Both the position numbers and the translations under genes were made by a program. This document shows, piece by piece, positions 46,752-59,372 of a stretch of DNA of 64,000 nucleotides (position 1 is the stretch's first letter; each line of letters begins with the position of its first letter). Source of the stretch: Azolla caroliniana. Lineage: Eukaryota > Plantae > Polypodiophyta. The notes below the pieces were generated by a model, which was not told where the DNA came from, made no database searches, and worked only from the letters and a program-made list of their open reading frames with translations. Location: contig JBHGNT010000001.1 of NCBI GenBank assembly GCA_043228905.1, forward strand, positions 9,610,001 to 9,674,000. The letters run 5' to 3'.

Positions 46752-49700
46752 GTGGAATGAATATATTTGAGCTTGCATACAGATTTGGTTGCTGGATCGC
46801 TAATATCGGATTCGAACGCTCTGTCGTTGTAATTGTATACTCTGTGCGTTATTTGGACAAATCTTATTTCGCAAATGTTGTTTCTTTTATAATTTTGCTG
46901 CATAGCACTGCAGCCCATTTCTGTAGTCTTTACATGGTTCCAGCACAAACAAACAAAAAGAAAAAGAAAAAAAGAAACTGACACAAATTAATGGCTCACG
47001 ACACAGGCTTAAACTGTACACAGCACGTGAATTTTCTTAATTAGTAATGATGGTATGTATAAAATACAGTGGAAAAACCATTGTTCCGATATTCTTAATG
47101 ATCTCTGGGAAGGGGTAAATCAAGGCTATTATTATTGAAATCACGACGGGTGGGTATATGTGCGATATGGACAGTGCAACTTATTGATCCTGACCATATA
47201 CATACATACATACATACATGTATGTATTATGTACTACTACTACTCAATCCACCATTATTCTTCATTCATAACAGCCAACGAAATGCCGGCTCAACAGTAT
47301 ATAGTGCAAGAAACACAGACAGTATTCATAATAATGGTGATGATGGAAAGGACTAAATCTGACTACAGGCTGAAGCTCACAGAGTGGAAGTGCAGGAGGG
47401 CCCCCCTGTGGCCTTCCGAAGATTTGGATGTGTCAGGGGCGGCATAGAAGGGGCGGAAAGGCGAGCATCTCTTGCATTCTCTGGCAATGTCCTCTTGCAT
47501 GCTCTCCGATGCCGACACCAGAACTCCCACACATTCCCCACGGTGTTGCTCCACCAAGCCCTCGAAGACATCTGCCAATATTTTGGACCATCAAATTTAG
47601 AAGAACTACACATTCATTGCTTGACATGCTTCATTCTCAGGGGTAATTCATTCATGCATCAATTCAGTGCCATATATAATCGCAAGTCCACTACAGTATA
47701 GCATACATAGCACATTCCTGAGTAGATGGTTTGAAATAGCTATGGCATGATATTTGAATTAACTAGTACTTTATTCAGCCAGAGGATGAGATCATTGAGC
47801 TAGAAAATTCTGCACAAATAGTACTATATATTCGTATATAGTGACTGCAGCTTGAATAGAAGGGATTAAAATTTCAGAATTGGGGTAATCTACCTGTACT
47901 CATATATTCACAAACTTGTATATGTACTACTACTACTCTTCCCAGGTTAAAGAAGATACCACATATATTCACAAATGCTTATGTTATGAAAACATACTTA
48001 ACTTTCTTGGCGTAACGAATGCTTATGTTTTTTCTTTAACGTTTTTAACCTTTAAAACTTTTTTGCCGTAATAAAAAGTTTAGGGTTTAGGGTTTAGGGT
48101 TAGATGTGGACCCTATGATGCCAACCTACCTTTCCAGTTTGGCCGTGACAAAATGTGGACATCCCCATCCCACTGAGATGCGCCATCTTCGATTCCGTTG
48201 TAAGTTGCTCCCAAATCTTCGTTACTTCCGGATGGAGAAGAAGTCGGACTCTGTTTCCTCGGCTGCACCGATGCCGAGCTTATACTCGATTGTCGTCGCA
48301 ACATATGGAACCATAGCAGAACCACGAGGCCGCCACAAATGAGAATCCCCAAGATCATGCACGCCACCACGACATGCGCGCGATTGTAATTGGTGAAGGT
48401 GTGATGGGCATAGGACCTCACAATAAAAGTGTTTGCCAAGCCTGAAAGCACAAAGTATCCTGCAAAGGATGCAATGGTGGTTAATGCTACCCATGAGGTG
48501 CTCCCTGTGCTGCCAATGCTCGAGATTCTTCCATCGGATTGTGGGTGTTGTGCCGCCGGATAAGAGGAATCAAATATCAATGGTTGTGATGTAGGGTGTT
48601 CACGGTTAAACTTGGATAGGTCCAAGGATTGGCCTATTCTATATGAATTATGAGCCGTGTTGCCACCGGGTAGTGGCACTCCCTCATAATCTTGTATGTT
48701 CTTCGAGGTTATGTATACATGTACTCGGATGCGCAGTCCTAATGTCTCATAGCCAGGGAGAATTTGGTTAGGATATAGGGTATTTAGCACACATAACTCC
48801 TCTGGCTTTCTTATGCAGTGGTAGAGTGTGATGGAGGTCGGAAGAGTAGTCGATGCCGGTGAGGATCTAACGTCTTTGTATCGATACAAGATATCGCGGA
48901 TTATAGCGAGGGCAGGGGTGAGGCCTATGCCCCCGGCCACGATGACTAGGGTTTTATACCTGCGAAATATTAATCATATACATTACATTAAGTAATGGAA
49001 GCAACTCATTAATGTGAAGGCTAGTTATATCAATGAGGAACGACAGACATGAGCTTTGGGAACGGAATCGAGAACAGGAATTACGACAAATAATTAGAGA
49101 GATCCCCATACTTTAGGTAGAAATCGGACTCATCGCCGTAAGGACCTTCGACTCTAGCCTTAAACGAGAAAGGGCAGGAACCCCCAGTTTTCTTGGCACT
49201 TGAGAATTGATCGCGCAAACTATTCGTCCATTCGCCGAGAGGCTTGATTACGATGGAGAGCTCCTGCGTGTTATCGAGAGGGGACGATGCGCCACTGAAG
49301 AAGTGCCACTGTAGTTTGGAGATACCAGGAATCTGGATGCACCATGTGGAGAGTGCATTATAGAGTGGGGTCCCTGACATAAGTAATGATCACATTATTG
49401 CCTGTTATTAGTAAAGGTTAGAAGAGCTCACTGACTGAATTTAGTCAGAGAGATTCTGGAATATTAATTAATATGTGGATCCGAACAAGCACACATACAT
49501 GAAAGAGAATCCATTTATGTTACCTTTGGTGGCATTGGTGTTAAGAGGCAGCAAGAGCTCGACTGTGCCATTCTGGAGGAGCTTGGCCGAGGATACGCGG
49601 ACAACACTGGACGATTGGATCATGCGAAGGAAGCGATCGATGAAGAAGAGCATGAGAGGGACGATGAAGAAATGATAATTCCAGACCGCGTGATACAGCC

Positions 49701-50444
49701 AAAAGAGGGAGAAGAGGAGATACAGGTGGTGGACCGAGAAGAATATGTCGTAGAAGCGGCGACGCACGAAGGAGAGGGAAGTGGCCCACATGACTAGACC
49801 GAACACCCATGCCACCAGCCCGGCCACTACCGCACAGTTTTCTTGCTTCGTGACCCACCCAAAGATCTAACAACAAGAAGCGAAAAACAAATTATGTCCC
49901 TATCAAGATATGATCAAACACACTCAAGTACAATGAATGCATCATGATGGAGAAACCACATGAGCCCTAGCATAGGTTGGCCCTTGGGACATCATCGGCG
50001 TTAAGCCTTGTAACATTATGGTAATATTGGGCGAGACAGTGAGCGCGAAATACTGCATGATTTGAACCTACCAAGTGCGTACGGTTGGTGTTGGCATAGA
50101 GAATGATGTAGCCGAGGCTATGGAGGCTGACGAGAACAAGCATGGAGACGGCGAGCCAGATGTGGTAGCGCACGGCGCGCTCGAATGGGATGCCTACGAG
50201 CCGAAGAAACGGCGAGCCACGCGACACGGGGATCCAGAGCAACGAGAATGGCACGACGGCCACGCGTCCGAAGTAGAAGGATACGTTATTCAATTTCTGC
50301 CATGGCCTGCAATATCAATGGAAAACATGAGTGCTTATTATGTACACTCTTGTCACATCTTGTCGAGCTCACGAAAGCCTCCTCGTATATGTGATTGGGA
50401 ATTTAACAAACAATGTGAGCTTGGCGATGGTGTTCAAAGCATGA

Positions 50445-50481
<37 letters not shown>

Positions 50482-53400
50482 TGTTGGAGAGAGAGAGAGA
50501 GAGAGAGATATGGTTATGTCATGATCGTAGTAGGACGTACTTGGCGGGGGGCGGGCCGGAGCCGTGGTGGTGCTGGGTGTTGTTGTCGATGCGGGTGAAA
50601 GCAATGTTGACGATTCTGCTGAAGTGGTAGATCATCAACAAAGTTATGGCCAGAATTCCGAGAAGCTCCGAGGCCGTGAGGATGCCGAAGGGGCTCTTGT
50701 CCACCCACACCGGGTACGTACTCATCTGCCATTGGTTTTTCCAGCCGTTTGCACCCGCGGGCACCACAACACGGAGCTGTGCAGTCTTTGCTTTGATGAA
50801 TGCGCGGAGCCGGATCACGACGAAGCTCAGAATGGTGACGACGAAGAAAGGCATGGTTTGGTATATGAATGTCGAACCTAATGGATGGATGCCATAGATA
50901 TATATATCAGTTTTAAGTAGGAGGGAGCTGATCACTTGACAAACCATATATATGCATACACATATATATGCATTATGTGATCACTAATTATATTATATTA
51001 CTGGTAGGAGGTGTACTGTAACGATTCATCTGGGTGAGATTGATAATGAGGGGCTTAGTTACCTTCGCGACCGTCGGTCCGAAAGAAGCGAGAGTGGGAT
51101 TTGTTGCCGATCCACGACTCCACGTATTTCTTGTCTCCTTCTGGATCGGGCGCGACGAACCACCATAATACCCAAAACACGCACGCGGCCACGATTACCG
51201 CTTCCGTGACCGCTTTTGCCACCTTCGCCCGCCGAATTGCCCCCATCAATCTCTCATCATCCTCATCTAGGCCATGGACGACCGCCGCAGCCTCCCTACC
51301 TGCATCAATCCTTGCGTTAATGCCTCGGAATATCAAACTCGGTAGCCACAAGGCAAGGAGGCCAAAATTCATCCATAGGAGGCACAAACAACAACAACTA
51401 CTGCTACTTCTCCAACATACTCATCGCGGATTAATCGAGAAGTTAACTGCCGAAAGATGTGCGAAACTCAATCGCTTCTATGTACGGCAATGTTGTTGAT
51501 CATTAGGGAGAAGAATGAGGAGGGTAATGATGCTCGACCAGACAAGCCTTAAACCACACAGATCCTGTTAAGGACAAAGTGGAGTGTTATATATATATAT
51601 ACTTGCATGATATGGTTGGGTTGACTCTAGAGAACAGCTACCCACTAGGTAGTAGTACAACACTGGTACCGCATGGGTTGTACTAATGTGTTAAGTCAAC
51701 TGGTATTTGCGAAGGACCTCTCATGTCCCCATAAAGACAATGCTAAGCACGAAAAATAGATTCAACAAAATATGTCTATAAATTCGTTTGTGTGCCGCGC
51801 GCCGGCCGGGTCGACCCTTACACGTTCTTCCCTTTGTGTAAATTACATAATCACAAGAATTGCACCATATTTGTTGGGTATGGAAAACCTCATGGCTACA
51901 AGGGTTATCAATTTTACATTGACCCAAATGTCAAACGATTTTTATTTAGTCAATCACCGATGTGCAATGAAGATAGCCTAATATCTCATACATGAAAAGA
52001 CACAAGCTACAACTACCATACCAAACCCCTCAAACATCAAATCCAACAAACAATATCATCAACTAGTACTTTTAAATAGGCTCCGCTAGCTTCCTAAAAA
52101 CTCGAAGTCATAATTGACAAAATGCTCATCGAACATCTTCTGTGAATATTCACATCACTAGACGCTCAACCACATATTTCCCCTTTAACTAATGACTCAT
52201 CTCTAATAAAAAAACAATCATTACAAGGAGAGCCATATGCTCCAATTACAAATAATAGTAATCTTACCCAAACTAGAAAGATATCTAGTCATGATCTAAA
52301 TATTCATTATGACAAGGGAAAGGAAGTTCGTGAGGAGATCATCAATAAGCTTGGATTGCACTTGAAAAACATGTTGTATTGTACTTAGCCATGCTTTGGT
52401 AGATATGTATGCAAAATGTGGTGCAGTAATGAATGTCTGTGGCAACCTAAGAGCCGTTGAGAAAAAGTAAAAATCCATGATGAATATTTGGAAGTGTCCA
52501 TCATTGTATCATTTAAATCACTTTAGACATAATATACACCATTGTTGGAATAAAAAACATTCAAAATGGCAAACCGTTGGGCACAATACACCTAACTCAC
52601 CTTGATTATTCATGTTTCCATTCTCGCAAAAGCTCCTTTATCCCATTAACAAGATCGTCACGAGTTTATGGAATAGACAATGACATCAATAACAAAGGAT
52701 ACCAAAATAATCAAATTACTAGGGTGTACAAATGCCTCTTCTCCCCTCTAATGGAGAATGCATGAAACATACCAATAATTTTCACATTTTAGCACTAAGA
52801 AATTAGATGATCTTTAGCTCGCTTTCTTTGCAATTAGCTCCCCCTCACTTATATCGACCATTCTTGATGATTCAGTACCTATCAACGAGGCAATACAATG
52901 TGGAAAGGAAAACCATTAAGGAAAAAGAACTTGAAACTCTCTCTTTGTCAACAAAAATGGATTCTAGTACTACTCCTTATAGGCCACTTGCCTATCTCAT
53001 GCAAATAAAAAATTATGTAACCCTAATGGTACAATAGTATGCTATCAAGCTCGGCTAATGGCTTATGGTTTTTCTCAAGTCGAAGGGCTTGACTATTATG
53101 AGACAGTTTCACCTGTTCTCCCTATAGCATCATTCTGACTCCTATTGTTCTAGACACCATTCTTGACCTTGAGGTACATCATTTGGATGTACAAACAACA
53201 TTTCTACCAAAAGAAATCTACATGTCACACCCTCCTGGATTTGAAGCAAGTTCTCAACCAAACTATATTTGCTGGCTCCATCAATGCGTCTAGACTTAAA
53301 CAATTTCCTTCAAGTTGAATTTTATGCTCTCACAAGATTACTCTAGATTGTTACTTGAACCAAATATATACATTGGACATAATCATACATTCAATTGCCC

Positions 53401-54662
53401 ATTAGTGTTAACATTATATGTGAACGACAAATTCGTGTAGTTAGAACACCATCTCAAATCACATAATCAAAGATAGAGCTTCCTAAAACATTATCAATTA
53501 CAAACTTAGGCCCTCTACCTTATTTCCTAGTGATGCAAATTACTCGTAATCATAGTCTACCAACTTTGACTATTCGCTAAAAGAAAATCATTAATGAAAT
53601 TTTGAAATCAGTTGGAATGTTAATTATTAAACCTTGTATTACTTACTATGTGTAAATTGTGTGAATAAATGGCCTAATAATGACAAAAAATATAGATTTT
53701 ATGAAGCAATTTCCTTTTATATGATTAATAAGGAAGCATTGATATTGATTTAAAATAACTCGGAATCTTGATCTTTGTTTTGCAATTAACCATCTCTCAC
53801 GCTTTATTTATAGCCCTGATCTTAGGCATTGGAAATCACTTGGAGGGTTATGTACTATCTAAAACACACGTCTAATTATGGCTTATCATATAAATAGATC
53901 CAATTCAAAAGACCAATCAAATCACTAGTTCATTGGTCTAATTGAGAGGGTGCAACATTTCTATGCATATAACCACCATAACTTAAATTCAGATGTTCTT
54001 GGTTGTATCAGATCTATAATTCAAATATCCACTCGATTTAGTCTTTCTCTTCTATAATTTTACATATGGTGGAAAGAATGAGCACATCCTTACTTCAACT
54101 TTGTGTGGTTTTTAACAGGGTATTGATGTGCAAATTTTCAAGTAGGACCACCATCTCCACCCTGCAACCGTTGAAAACACTGTTGGTTCAATGTGCATCA
54201 CACGTTAGACGATTCGTCCGTCATGGTCTAGATGGTGTTCATCCCTAATTTTGAAACTTTCCATCTTCACACGGAGTGGTTGTCATCTCTTGAGCATCTC
54301 AAGAATTCCAAGAGCTATGAGAATTCCCTTGTGAGGAGTTGGCTCCCCTCATTTCAACATTCCATTAATTTGGTCTTCAAGATTTGCCCGAGGTTGCACA
54401 ACCATTCCCCTTGTTGCTCCTCATCAACAATAGTTTGTTATTCAATGCACAATCCTTTCTGTAGTACACACACTTGAGGTGTTGGGATGTTCTTCATTGT
54501 AATAGAGGTTATGGGTATATATATTCTCATGGAGAGGTGTAAAGAATAATAATACATGGTGTGGTGTAACCATCTTTAAGAAAGGTTATCATGTTAAGTG
54601 TTTACTCATTATTACAATTACCATTAAAGTAGCTTCAAATTATTTATACATATACATACATA
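46752..54662. repeat. ~7.9-kb segmental duplication of 14011-21910 (offset 32751)
   Basis: Identical ORF track at a constant offset. Substitutions appear only from ~19600/52351 onward. Confidence 0.97.
47363..51246 (-). CDS. FRO: Ferric reduction oxidase, copy 2 (no difference from copy 1 seen)
   Basis: Exons 51246-51063, 50877-50541, 50306-50072, 49866-49524, 49373-49112, 48959-48130 and 47571-47363; translations identical to copy 1. Confidence 0.93.
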
Positions 54663-54793
54663 TATACAAATATTTCCCAAATTTTGATACATATACATAC
54701 ATATATACCCAAAATTTGATTATTACTCCTACTAAAAAACAAATAATAATAAATAAATACATAAAAAAAAGGAAAAAAGAAAAGAGAGGGAAA

Positions 54794-57700
54794 ATGGAAA
54801 AAAGAGTGAGAGCCCCCTTCCCCCAAACACAACATTGGAAGATTTCGTCAATCATGGAAACACCATACATCGGCACTACCGAACACGTATCTCAAACAGG
54901 CCCCTCGATCGATAAAGACCAAATGCAAGATCAAAACAATCCAAATACCGGGTGTCCTGTTGAGATTAGTTTCAATAGCGACGAAATCCTTCTACTTGAG
55001 CAGGAGATAGATCGACTCGAGCGCATAGCAATCATATGCCGCGTGGTGGGATCACAGCCAAATAGAGGACTATTGCGAGATATGTTGCAAGGCAAATTTC
55101 ATTCACAAGTAGGTGGAATAAAAGAAGTCCAACCGCTTGGTAAAGGCTTCTATCAAATCGTTCTAGAGGACAAGGAGTCCGTAGCGAACCTCATAACCAT
55201 GTCTCCCTGTCAGGTCCGAAATACTTGGTTATTCATGCGTAAATGGACACATGGTTTTAACCCAGAGAAGGCAGCGCAACATGAGGATTCCATGAAAAAG
55301 GTAACAATGTTATTTCCTGGATTATTCTTAGAATACAACATGTTACTTCCTACTATTGGCAACTCCTTTGGTATGATGTTGGACGAGGAACTAATGCTAG
55401 CGGACAAGCTAAAGAAGCACCTAGGCCCTCCCTCTATCTGCCTATTGGTGCATGACATCAACAAACTTCCTTCCAAGATCCTCATTCCCGGGAAAAACGG
55501 AATGCGGATTGAACAACACATAGAAGTGATTGGCGCACCGGGGCAATGTTTTGCATGCAAAAAACTTGGTCATTTCAAAAAGCACTGCCCCACAAGACGT
55601 ATTAAAGATCCTATGAAGGAGACTCTGAAAGGTCGGGACAACATAGGAGATCAGAAGCCTCCCCCACCACGACCTGATAAGGTTGTGATGGAATGGCGAG
55701 TGGTGGGAAAAACCCATGTCCTTCGGAAAACTCCACAGGCACAAAATCCTCCATCACCAATGAGCCCCAATCGATTTGATCTACTACAAGAGCTCCCCCC
55801 CACGGACGAGCATTCCCCTAGTTCTTTCTTAAGCCCCAAGGAATGGCCTAAGGTGATACCAAGCACACAAGATAAAGTTCTCGTTAAAGCTTACAAAACA
55901 TGGAAGCGAAGAAGGATAAGTCATATTAAGACCTTAATACGGAGCTTGAGTGGAACGGCACCCAATGCAAAAGCAACAAACCAAGGTAGAAGTTTGAATG
56001 TCACGCCTCATATCATAGTCTTCCCGGACACAAATGAGTGTGATTCCTCTAGCCAAGACTTTGAACCACACCCACAAAACGCCTTGAAATGGCTAGGTAT
56101 TGGGCACAAGACAGTGGAAAAAATAAGGGTACATGTATTAGCTGTACACAATAACGGAGTTCCGACGACCTCAATCTCCTTTCCACTCTTGCTTCCGACA
56201 TAGGAAGATTGGTCGAAATCCAAGATTAAAGATATGATATGCAGCCAAGCAGCATGCTTTGTAGCAAAAATAAGTGATGAAGACCTCATGAACGAACTAA
56301 AGCAGCATGGGCATAACACTGAATTCTGGTGCACCATGGATGAAGAGGAACCTCATCTATGTCACATCCACCTGCGGACTATCATAAACACCCAACTAAC
56401 TCCAAGATTTTTCTATTTCTATGAGAAGCATGAAGGGGCGATTGAAGCTCACAAGATAGCCCACAAACTCCACTCATGGATGTGGACCATCATTCCATCA
56501 ATGGAAATGATTGGCTGTCAAAATGGTGAGTGCTCCCCACTCACAACATGTTGTGCAAAGCATCAGGCACAAATCTCCCACTCCATTCCATGATTACGAA
56601 GATTGTAACATGGAATATGCAAGGGCTCAGGAGTCAACTAGACCAGCAAAACTGATGGAAACTGAGAAGAGATCTTAAGGAATATATATTAGGGGGTGTT
56701 GCTGACATCATCATGTTTCAGGAACATCACCTTGATAGTACTCATTTAAAGGAAGTCAAAGATCTTTTACCAGGATCATGGCGAACAATTTGGTAGCTAG
56801 CAGTAGGGGAGGATGGAAATCATGGTGGTATTTGCACTCTAATTCGGGAACATCTAGCCCAAGGCCTCATACATCAAGAATCGCATATTTTTGCACATTG
56901 ACCATCCAAGGGCAACACTGGAATTTCATGAATGTTTATGCTCCAAAAAGCAGAATAGAAAGGGCAACATTCTGGGAACGCATCTGCCTACAAGTAGCGG
57001 GTGCAGAAGAGTGGTGCATTGGAAGGGATTTTAATATGATCGAATCCATTCACGATAGCTCCAACAACAACCCCATAGTTCAACAAGGAAGGGAACGTAA
57101 ACAATGGGAGAAATTTTGTGTACACCTTAACTTGCGAGACATCTAGCATTTTGACAACTTCTAATGAAAAAGGGACTCTCTCTTATTCTCCCGATCAGAC
57201 GAGCGGAATAGTGAACCCACCCTTTCCCGCATTGACCGCATTTATGTGGGTGAGGCTCTAGAAGCAAAGGGAGGGTGGTGTCGTATAACTCTAGGCACGA
57301 CTTTCTCTGACCATTACCCGGTAGTCAATCATTTCCAATTGCATCGAAAATGGGGCCCTTTCCAGCCTCGCATCCCGCACACTATCTACATAGTTATAGA
57401 GGTGAAGGAACACCTCTCCAACCAATGGTCATTACTCGTCAATGTCTCATCAGCATCTGACAAACTTCTAGCTAAATTAACAAGAGCTTCAACTCTCCTA
57501 CATGAGTTTGTCAAAACCAGAAGCAAGGATGCTCAGGAAACGTGACAGAGGACAAAATGGGGACTAATAGCCTTACAACGACTCCAACAGAGATACCAGT
57601 CATGTAGTTGGATTGCAGGACAAGTTGCCATGGCCAAACATGAACTCAGCATGGCGGAAAAGGAAATATACAACATGGAGTTTCATGGAAGCATGGTGCG

Positions 57701-59372
57701 ATGGATTAGAGTAGGGGACAAAACCACGAAGGAATTCTTCCGCTCCAAAGGCCCGAGGCAAGCTAGAACAATGATGCGCAGCTTCAACCGAGCGGATGGA
57801 ACAACCACTGAGGATGGCGACGAAATGAGGAATATTGCCATAGGTTACGGTAAGCACCTACTTACTGAAGATACTATGGCCACTGGGGAAGACATAAGAG
57901 AAGATATTATCCTCCAAAGCATACCCAAGAAAGTCACGACGAAAATGAATACATGGCTTGTGCGTCCCCTATCAACCATCGAGATATGGGAGGCCCTCTC
58001 TGATTTAGATGTAGATAGTTGCCCCGAAATCAACGGCCTCACCCGTCACTTTTTCACATGCCTTTGGGATACTATTAAAGAAGACCTCCTCCAAGAATAT
58101 GAGGAGATCATCACGTTTGGAAACATGCCGGAGGAATTTGGACAAGGGATGATACATCTCATTCCTAAAAGTGGTGGTAGTGCCAACGACATTAGCAAGT
58201 GGCAGCCCATAACTCTTCTCAATATTGTCTATAAGTTGCTTGCAAAAATCGTCTCACACCAGTTAACACCTCTTCTCCCTCAACTCATTCATCCATCCCA
58301 GACAGGTTTCGTTAGAAATCGGAGCATCCTAGACAACCTCTTCTCATTCTGGGAAGCAGTAGCCCTTGCCAAGCATACCAACAACACGGTAGCAGTGGTG
58401 CTACTAGATTTTGAGAAAGCATATGACAGGGTTTGCTAGAACTTTCTTGAAAGTGTGATGAGGAAACTCAGCTTTCAAGAGACATGGATCAAAGGCAATG
58501 CAAGACTTTATAGTAATGGCAACAGTTGCGTTTCACTGGCAGGTGAAAGCGGCCCCTTTTTCCGAATTTCCCGATCTGTACAACAGGGATGCCCACTAGC
58601 TCCATCCATATTTCTATTATAAGCCGAAGCACTCTCTTGCTTTCTCAACTCACGGCATCTCAACTTAACGTGGTCTTCCTGTGCCTCATTCTCATCAAAG
58701 CATCCTGGATATAGAATTTGCTAATGATACAGCGGTTTACCTGCAAGGGGACTTGGAAAACCTACAAAAGCTCGAAAGTGGGTTAGCCGTATTTTGCAAG
58801 AGATCCAATGCCATGATCAATGGGCACAAATCATGTGCAATATGGCTTTCTCATGAAACACATCCTGCGTGGCACCCACATCCCGATTTCAAATGGATCA
58901 ATCAAGGAGCGAGCACCAAATATTTGGGGTTCCAAATTGGTTTCAACATACCGTCGGAGACTATGATTGCACCCGTTATCCATTCCATTCAACAAAAGTT
59001 GATACATTGGAGTTCAAAAAAATTGTCGCTAGCGGGTAGCATCATAGTGGCAAACCAGGTACTACTCGCAACAGCATGGTACAGTCTATCATGTTGGACA
59101 ATCTCCAAGGACAGTATACATCACATTCAATGACTGGTACGCAACTACATTTGGTCTGGTAAGGAAGATCATGTAACTCGCGCCTAGGTGGCATGGCCTA
59201 TAATCACAACTCCACCATTGGTAATGTCCACTCAACTCCTCTTAATGACAAATCTCAAGTTGTGTTGGAATTGGTCAGCCCAATAACTCTTTGGATTCTA
59301 TGGAAACAATGGTGTGGACGGGTCTTCTCCAACCAAACCGCGCATCCCACAATGTTATTGCAAGAGATATGG
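54794..59372 (+). mobile_element. L1-clade LINE: ORF1 (DUF4283-like, CCHC) and degenerate ORF2 (APE endonuclease, RT)
   Basis: ORF1 has LGKGFYQIV and CFACKKLGHFKKHC. ORF2 has KIVTWN, QEH, NVYAP, DFN, RIDR, SDHYPV, LDFEKAYDRV, QQGCPL and FAND (from FADD), with multiple stops. Confidence 0.93.
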
